64,000 bases of DNA from Lama guanicoe (Eukaryota). The stretch lies in assembly GCA_013239625.1 (NCBI GenBank), contig MU054049.1, positions 321,015-385,014 of the forward strand, in the 5' to 3' direction. The stretch's first letter is position 1, and the number at the start of each line of letters is the position of its first letter. Position numbers and translations under genes: made by a program. Shown one piece after another: positions 55,511 through 64,000 of the stretch. The notes under the pieces are model-generated. The model made no database searches. It was not told where the DNA came from and saw nothing but the letters and a program-made list of their open reading frames with translations.

Positions 55511-56008
55511 TGACACCACTTTTTTTTTTTTTTGGTGTATGAACATGCAATTGTCCAGCACTGTTTGCTGAAAGATGTCCTTTCCTCACTGATTTGCATC
55601 CTCAAATTCAGATACTATCATCTGCTCTGCCCTCCTCATGTGATTGTAGAAAGAACTCAAAGAGATATGTGTAAATGCGCTCTGAAAAGTGGAAAAGTAC
55701 TAGAAATCCAAGTCACTATCTTTATTCGTTAGTTCTGAGGATACCCTGACCCAAAGACAAATAACGGAAAAAGTACTGGGCAGAGAGCCAGAGAACCTGA
55801 CATGTGCGATGGCCCTACTCCTTTCTTAGCCCTTAAGATATCTTTTAACCTCAGAGCTAGGAATAACAATATCTGTTGGGTCTGCTTCAGAGGGATTTTA
55901 TGAAGCTTATATAAGATTTTACATTTTAAAATGCTTTGTAAAGTGTAAGGTGCTACAGAAATGCACGATATTGTCTTTATACCTGGAAAACCCCTAGACC
56001 ACATAATG

Positions 56009-57081
56009 CGGTCCGTTCTTGTTTACACAGTAGCACAGAGCTGTAAATACGGCTGTGTGAGTTGAAGCTGTGCAAAAAAGACCTTAATCATAGTCTGACA
56101 AATTGTGATTATTCCATACCCTTAAAATTTTTTCTCAAAACATTAGAAACTCCCTTTCACTGTTGGTTATAAATGTATAGGGAAGTGAAAAAGAGCAAGA
56201 CTAATATTTATTTAGAACACTGCAATTTACAACATTAGAAACGTTGAGAATTAGAACATTTAACTTATTAAAAATTTATCAAAAGTAGTTTCAACATTGC
56301 ATGCCTCTACTTTTCATAACATAACTCACACTATGGAGCGAGCATCTTTTCTGAGCCTTGGTGAACCACTGCACTCCCTTCCAAGTTTGGATCAGCTTCC
56401 AACACTTTGTCCTTTGCACTTACGCTGCTGTGGAGTAGCTCTGAGTTTCTTTAATGTGAAGGGTTTTTTTTGCCAGCATCACTTCCACCAGGACACCTTC
56501 ATCCTTTCTGTCACAAATTCTTCCCTCATTTATGTTGATAAGTTCCCCCTTCAACAGGTTGTTCTGGCTTCATATCTGGGGTCTCTTCAATGGTGGCAGT
56601 TCAACGTTTTCATGGTCAGTTCTTTCTTCTATACCCCTATTTATGTTCTATTAGAATTTCACCCCAAGAGCTATAACTTTTCCTTTCTTTGCTGCAACTT
56701 GATCTTTGTTGGCCAATTCTCTCTTTTGATCCTCTATTTTTGTGAAGTGTTATGTGGGTTTATCACTGAGAGGCAAGGAGGCAACACAGCTATGTGCTTT
56801 GCTGATTGTGCACGAGCTGAGTAACAGGCACACAGTGACCGAGTGCTGATGTATTCTGAAACAGGCAACAGGATTAGTTGCTGATCATGGTGCACATGTT
56901 ATTTATGTAGTGATCTGTGGACTGAAGAGCTGGAAGTGAAGTTTGCAGCTTACACAGGTGCTCACAGTGAACGCGCCATGAGCTCTGAAATCTGAATAGC
57001 GTTGTTGAGGGACTGGCGCTATTCAGTCAGATACAACAACTGAATGTATGCATACTGGAGCCAGGCAGTGAGGACTGCCTG
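56009..57081 (-). mobile_element. Tigger6-like DNA transposon
   Basis: Right end reads caggcagtcctcac on the minus strand next to TA, with a degenerate inverted repeat at the left end. Confidence 0.65.
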
Positions 57082-57321
57082 TACTTACAGTATCCTGAGA
57101 TGCGTGAATTCTCTCATTTAGTGTTCTCAGCATTTGAAGAGGAGAGAAAACTAATCATTGCTCTGGCTTTCTTGATGTGATTCTTCAGAAACCTTGACTA
57201 TAAATTCAAGAAATGTGTGGTGTAGAAATCAAGGAAATTTACTACGACTGTCACTTAAGTAGGCTCATTTTAGGTTAAATTACACTGTGGCATGAGGTAG
57301 AAAAATCAGTGGACTTTAAAA

Positions 57322-58349
57322 CAGAATTTGCTTCACTGGGGAAGATGTCCTACGAACTTGTTTGGAAACACGGGAATTTTTGAGGAAAGCACTAACCATT
57401 CTGTCTTTAGACTGCTGTTCTAATCTGCAGATCCTGGATTTGAGCTGCGACATTTCCCACCTCCAACCAGCCCTGCTTCAGACTGGTCCCCACCATCCAT
57501 GATGGCAAAAGCCAGCTCCTTAATATCCTGTTGCTACTTTTCTGAATTCAGTGGGTTTTGTATACTGACAGACTCCTTAGTTTGTCTGAAAGTCAAGGGG
57601 AGACAGTCAGCTCTGTCCTGAACGGGTTTTTCTTCAAACTGCAGGGCTCGTCCCTACACTTGCGTACTAAATGTAAAGGTACATAGTTATACCACCCCCT
57701 AGCTGTTTTTCCAGTTGTTGAATATACTGTGTAGTGTTTAACTCAGATCCTTAAGGCTTTCCATTTGTCTTTATTTCAAAAATCTGAACTTGGCTAGCAT
57801 ATACTGAGCTCAGTGTTTGAAATTTAAATGTAAATAAATTAGCATGCCTCGTGTTTGTGGATTTGCTTTCCCAGTAACTGACCTACTCAATGACTCGGTG
57901 GGTCAATTTACACAAGTAGGGGGTTCTTGTGAGAGGGGTGAGGGGAAGTGGGCAGGGTTCTGTGCCTCCCGAATATTTGCTTTTTGCTCGCCTTTAAGCA
58001 CGGCAGGAAAAGCTTGTTTCCCTTTGGCTATTGGGACCCTTTACCAGGATTAGCTAAAGGCATGGGTTTGGGTTTAGGAAAAATAAGGCCTTGAGTTGCC
58101 TACCTTTATGGGGCCATTGCCTAACTCACTGCATTTGCAGTGTTTCTTTTCCAGGTCTGTTTAATAAGCCTTTGGGGCATAAGCCCTTTTCTGTTCCAAG
58201 AGGATTTTCCTTCCAATTGCATTTGGGGATGCTGCTTGTGTGCCCAGTATTAAAAAGGTTTTGCAATTTTGCATCAGTATTGGCCTTTTTTCTCCAGCTC
58301 TGCTAATTGATCCCTTTTAATAAACTGAATGTTTGGTTAAAAAAAAAAA
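57322..58349 (+). other. Retroposed mRNA 3' end (probable processed pseudogene fragment), antisense in a PTPN20 intron
   Basis: AATAAA at 58319-58324, 11 As at 58339-58349, TTAAAA at the left junction (57316-57321), MIR-like sequence on both sides. Confidence 0.55.
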
Positions 58350-60209
58350 GAACTAAAAAACTTGGTTGAATTACAGTTGATTTTCTTTTAAGAGAAAAGC
58401 AAGAAATTTTACATGATTTTCTTTAGTTTTAATCATTTAACTACTTTTTCATATCTTTGCATCTTTTTAGTTGTCACTCTTCTTGTACCTTGAATAAAGA
58501 GTTCAAGCAAGATCAAATGTTAAATGTACCCCATAGCCTAAAACAAGTTTCTCAAAACAAGTCTCATTTTAAAGGCCTGTTTGCATTCAGTCTCCTTGAG
58601 GACTAACTGCACATGCAGAGATAGGAATTTTATAACTGGGACCCTTTATATAACTGGCCTCTCGGAATGACAGCAAATTGTTGGCATTATCTCTTAAAAT
58701 GTCTAATAATGGCTTATCACCCTGATTTCAGAAATATTCATCAGTGTACTTCTGCACAATCTCCCCCCAAAAGATAGAAGAATAAATTATTTTAACTATC
58801 CCAGGAAGACAGTATTACTTTTATAAACATAAAGTTATTTTAGATCTGAATGAGCCAACATTAAGGTATTTATCCAATGACGGCAGTCACTGTATTCTAC
58901 TCTGGTTTTTATTTCAGCCACCTCAACAGGAGAAACAGCAATGTAAATAGATAATTTAAATATAGCTTGGTAAGTGGGGAAGGGTAGTCACAAGATGGCA
59001 TGAGACTATTAGAGAAGCACCAAACCTAGCTTTGTGGGAAACAAGGGAAGTCTGGCCAAGCGAGCCCTGAAAGACAGCAGGAACCACCTCAGCAAAGAAG
59101 GGAGGATGGATGGTTCTTGAAAGAACCACAGATTCAAAGGCCTGGAGACAAGAGAAAGAGAACGATGAATTCCAGAAACCAGAAGAAGTTCTGTGGGAGG
59201 GCCGAGGCTAGAGAGGTAACATTTATGCCATGCTAAAGAACTTGACCATGACAGTAACAGAGAGCCAATGAAGCGCTTTCAAAGGACAGTAATATGTTCT
59301 GATTCACATTTTAGGGACATCGTTTCAGCAGCTGCTTTGAGTAGATGGGAGTGGAGGCAGTGAAGAAGACAGAGACCAGCTGAGAGACAAAACAGGCTCA
59401 ATCTAAGTCAGCAGCAGCGGGAATTAAGAGATGGGGCAGATTCTAGAGGCACTAAGGAGGTGGAATCAAAAGGACTTTGTGACCACTTTGGATACTGCGG
59501 GTGATTCAGAGTTTTCTGGCTTGGACAAGTAAGTGGTTATACTAAATAAAATACAGAATAAAGGAGGAAGGTCATGTTGTAGGAAGAAAAATGGTTATTT
59601 AATTTGGAAAAATTTTGACTTTGAAAGGAACGTGAGGCATACAATGAGACTTCCTGCCTCAGATTAAAACTATGTTGCTTTGTTTCTGCTCTTTGGATGG
59701 TCTGAGACTGGTAACTCTGTAACTGGGTGGGGAGGCAGCAACACTGGCTTCACCGGCACAGGGAAGCAATGTGTAACCCTTTGAAAACAACCAAAGGGCA
59801 GCCTCTTGTTGGAGGGCAGACTGACAGCTTTATTGTCCAGGACAAAGGGTACAAATAGCCCCAATGTATTTGTGTGTCTGAACGAAAAATGGCCAGGAAA
59901 CGTCTCAGATGGTTAGACATTATGTTTTAGATGGTTCACGGCCTGAGGAGTAGCAATGTGTAAGCACAAGGTTGCAGGACTTGTGTAATAACCCTGTGAC
60001 AGTGACTAGAAGATTCACCTGGGACAGAAGACTTGATCTTCGCTCTGTTCTAGTACACCCAAAAAAGGGCCCAGGCGACCCACGGCCAGCTATCAGAGCT
60101 CTCCATCGTGGTCACCAGTCAAAATGCCTAATACTGAAAGCCATACAACCCACTTTTTATCTTTTCCCAAGTGTAAATAGGAAGGTAATTTAAACCATTT
60201 TTCACTTAC

Positions 60210-60301
60210 ATGGAAAAATATCTCAATTATCTGTTTTTGCCTCTGCTGTATGGTTCATTCCCAGAGTTGAACACAGCAGGCAGATTCTTAAATTCTAAAG
60301 C
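60210..60301 (-). pseudogene. PTPN20: PTPN20 exon with the KNRY motif (ALEFKNLPAVFNSGNEPYSRGKNR*), 1-nt insertion plus nonsense codon
   Basis: Acceptor ttttaaag and donor gtaagt. Length is 92 nt where 91 is expected. It reads AAA AAC AGA TAA T TGA GAT ATT TTT CCA T where KNRYRDILPY is expected. Confidence 0.9.
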
Positions 60302-60342
60302 CTTTAAAAGGTAAGAAATGTAAGTCATGTATTTACTATAAC

Positions 60343-60388
60343 AAGAAAGGAAGGAAGGAAGGAAGGAAGGAAGGAAGGAAGGAAGGAA

Positions 60389-60434
<46 letters not shown>

Positions 60435-60443
60435 AAAAAAGAA

Positions 60444-60502
<59 letters not shown>

Positions 60503-60514
60503 GAAAGGAAGAAA
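60343..60514. repeat. Compound (GGAA)n(GAAA)n microsatellite
   Basis: Read directly, about 170 nt of uninterrupted purines. Confidence 0.97.
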
Positions 60515-61569
60515 TCTGTCTTTGTGTAGTATTCATGATCCTTAGTCCCTATATGACATTACCTGATGATGTTAAATGTGTTGTATGGTAAATAGAGAAG
60601 TCAGAACCTCAATGAAAAAGTACTATATAAAATATCTAAAATTTGAGATAGCAATCAATAAATTGCTTTAAAAGGAAATGTTAAACTCTCTGGAGATACT
60701 CTTTCCCTTGAACTTCAAGATTTTTCCTTTTTCATATTAAAAAAAAAAAAGAGCCAGTACAGAATATTTCCTTCTTAGGACCTACCCCTAAATGTATCAT
60801 TTTATAAAGAAAAATAATAAAATAACAGCAACAGAAACATATAAGCAAAAAATATAAAGTCTCACAATTTATTCCTTGCCCCATGAAGAAATTATAGCTA
60901 GGATACTAATTAAAGAATCCTTCTTTTCAAAAACTTTCTTTACCAACTGCGAATTCAACATTTTATTGAACATTTAGTATGTACTCGTCACTGCTCTAGA
61001 TATCAAAATATAAAGATGAACCTGAAAATGGCCTCATCCTTAAGAAGTTAACAGAGCAGTTAGAGACGGACATGTAATCAATGGACAGAGACGTTCGTGT
61101 CAATGACAGCACGTGACTGTACCTGAAAGCATGGGAAGGAAAGGACCTGAACTGGCCCTTCCTGAGTCACGCGAAGTCTGTGTGTAGAAGGAAAGCAGAG
61201 CAGAGGTGAACAGGTATCACACCCGGCAGGACAACAGTAACAAAGGCACGGAGGCACACGTGTCCTCTCCAGGGGACAGTTCACAGCACGGCAGCGACAG
61301 CACAGAGCACATGACTTAGCCCAAAGGGAAACCGAAACTAACTAGGAAGGCCTTGTTTCATATACAAAAGGAACTGAGATGTACCCAGTCCTGCCCTATT
61401 AGAATATTTGTGGATAAAGCCTGAGAGTCTGTACTTTTTAAAAACTCTTCAGTAACTCTTAGGTAGCCAGCGTGGCACTATCAGTCTTTAAGTTAGTGTT
61501 GGCAACTACTGCCACAGGGACTGGGGAGCCAGTGAAGGTTTTAAGCTGTAGGATAATATAATCAGATTT

Positions 61570-62800
61570 TTACCTTTTACTCTTTCTGCAAACCAATTCT
61601 AAAATCAACCTGGAAAAAAAAATCTGCAGGAAGAAGTTTGTAAAAGAGTAATGAGGGAAGACTAGTCTTAATAGATAGTAAAATAAAATGTAGAGTGATG
61701 CTGATTTTAGAAGTTTGTACCAGTACCTAAATAAACAAATCAATGGAAAAAAATTAAAATATATGCAGAGCTTCAGTATATGATAAAAGTGGTATTTCAC
61801 ACCACCGAAGGGCAAGAGAACCTTCGGATATCTGATTAGCTACATAATGCTGGGTCCCAAACACTTTAAAAATTCAATTCTAGCTGGATCAAAGACTTAC
61901 ATATTGACAAAAATCATAAAAGCATTAGAAAAAAAGTATTATGTAACTGTTACAATCCTAGAGTGAAAGGGAAAATCCTACAGGACGCAGAAAACCCAGA
62001 AGCCCAAAAAGAAAAGACTGGCATGTCTGACCACAAAAATTAGCCATTTCTTTTTAGTAAATGTGTGCACACATATGTAATACAAAAACAAACTGGAAAA
62101 TTTTACCAAATAGAACACATACCAAAGGGTAATTTATTCATTACATAAAGAGTTATTAATTGATAAGAAAACAGATAGGAAATTGAGCAAAGAATTAGAA
62201 TTAAAAGCATATGGAAAGCTACTTGTTTGTTCTCAAATAAAGACATGCCAATTAGATCATCAATAAGAAATCATTTGTCATTTAAAAGATGAGCAAAGAT
62301 CCAAAAATTTGATAACACAAAATACTGGTTGTCTTTCCAGGAATTTGTTCTAAAGAACATTCACACATACGCACATGCACGTGAAGAGGGGTGATTCTTA
62401 CTCGTAATAGCAAAGACTAGAATAACCTAAAGGTCCATCGTAGGGGACTATTTAAAGAAAAGGCCTTTATTCATATAATTAACTACCATGCAATACTTAC
62501 AATAAGATACAGCTATATGCACTGATAATACACTTGGAAATTACTTATGTGGAATTTTTTTAATAAAAAGAAAAGAAAGGGTCAAATAGTGAGTAAAGTA
62601 CATGCCAGTATTTCTGGAAGTTTATATGACAAACTTTATAGTGGAAAGGGGGCCTTGCGAGTCAGGGGAGAAAAAGAGAGAGACTTTGTTTTATAACCTT
62701 TTATGCTATTTGATTCTTTTACTATGTACACCTACTACTTTTAAAACAAATTTAATATTTAAAAATAAAAACAACCGACTCAATCTGAAAAAAAGAAAAA
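61570..62800 (+). mobile_element. Highly degraded old L1 fragments
   Basis: A-rich sequence with L1-like motifs such as ctagaataacctaaaggtccatcgtagggga. Boundaries approximate. Confidence 0.5.
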
Positions 62801-62876
62801 AAAAAGAGAAATCTTCTGGATGGTGATGCGGAAAAAGAAATCACATACAGACTTTTGTTAAGACCAAAATATTTAC

Positions 62877-63024
62877 CATAAATTCCTGGATGATTTCAAA
62901 TTCTGATGCTTGTCTCTCAAGCATTTTAAAATAATCCTTCATGGTTGAATTCTCATGAATACTGAATGTTAATGGTCTAACCAGATCAAATGAGCTAGCT
63001 CCATTTCAGAAATAATTTCCGTAT
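62877..63024 (-). pseudogene. PTPN20: PTPN20 exon upstream of the catalytic domain (DTEIISEMELAHL / LVRPLTFSIHENSTMKDYFKMLERQASEFEIIQEFM), 1-nt deletion
   Basis: Acceptor ttcttag at 63025-63026 and donor gtaaat at 62876. Length is 148 nt where phase 1 to phase 0 needs 3n+2. The frame switches near 62985-62987 and the entry frame hits TAA at 62969-62971. Confidence 0.85.
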
Positions 63025-64000
63025 CTAAGAAAGAGAAAATTTCACGTTTCTAAGTTATTATATATATAGATAGGTATCTATATATAATATATAATAATAT
63101 TTATATAGATTTTATTTTTATTGTTGTTGTTGTTTTCTCTTAAGTAAAAACACAGCCACTTAAGAATTAACGGAAGTTTATTTTTCCTGAGGTGCATAGT
63201 CTATTACTTTTAAAGGAAGGATCCTTGTTTTAGGAAAATTATGACTGTGTACCATGAAATTACACAAACTCCACTGTTCTTGGAGAAAACTGTTAAGTGT
63301 TATAAATATAACAGATGAAGTAGACTGAGAAGTGTTCTGCTTTATAATGTGATTAAGTATATGCACTGACAACTATGCCAAGACAAACATATGTAAGACT
63401 TGGATGGGAAAGACACAACTTTTGTCCTCCCTGGGACCAAAGATTTGGAAGTCCCTGGAGTCTGAGGACGTGGAGAGTCTAACACACCTCTAAGTGTAAA
63501 ACAGATCAAGCATGCACATGTGCACACAAACACACATCGCACACATACATACACATGCATACACACACACCCCTACCCCAAGGATTGAGAGGCTCTATGT
63601 GATGCAATTAATAACACTAAAATATGTATTATATATAAGTAATTATACATTATAATATTGTATATATTACAAATATATATATTGTATTATGTATGTAAAT
63701 ATATATTATATAGTTATACATTTATAACCAATAATAACAGAGGACAATACATTCTATTTAATAGTACATATGGGAATTTTATTTTAAATAATGATCTTTT
63801 AGGTCATGTTGATAGTCTAGATTCTAAATGTCTAAAAGTTTCCAGATCATGTACACTGGCCAAAATGCAATAAATCTAGTAAGTCAATATTAAAAGAATA
63901 TTTTAAAGATAAGAATTTTGAGGTAGAATGCTCAAGCGAAATCTCTTTCCAAAGCCAAATAATAAGAACAAAAATCAAGTAAATATCAGCAAAAAAATAC

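Noticed and set aside
56297..56824. 175-aa ORF
   Set aside because: Lies on the opposite strand of a Tigger-like transposon remnant, not a host gene.
60336..60536. Phe/Leu/Ser-rich hydrophobic ORF
   Set aside because: Translation of the (CTTT)n microsatellite.
60210..63024. Compensating -1/+1 frameshifts or programmed frameshifting in PTPN20
   Set aside because: Stops fall between and after the indels, a third frameshift follows, and conserved motifs are degraded.

Overview
Mammalian genomic DNA, most likely camelid, inferred from two Vic-1-like tRNA-derived SINEs. The right half carries six minus-strand exons of the non-receptor tyrosine phosphatase gene PTPN20, with the gene continuing beyond the right edge. 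All six exons have canonical splice sites. The reading frame is nonetheless broken by three single-base frameshifts and an inferred CGA>TGA nonsense change in the KNRY motif, and several near-invariant PTP residues are substituted, so this copy looks like a pseudogene. The left ~29 kb is visibly GC-richer with no convincing coding exon. The window also holds many repeats (a deleted ERVL/MLT2 provirus, solo LTRs, MLT1, L1, L2/MIR, Tigger and MER DNA transposons), three plus-strand poly(A)-tailed inserts resembling retroposed mRNA 3' ends, and a 142-bp dispersed duplication. Repeat family names and orthologue comparisons come from recall, not from a database search. Nearly all short ORFs in the supplied track are spurious.
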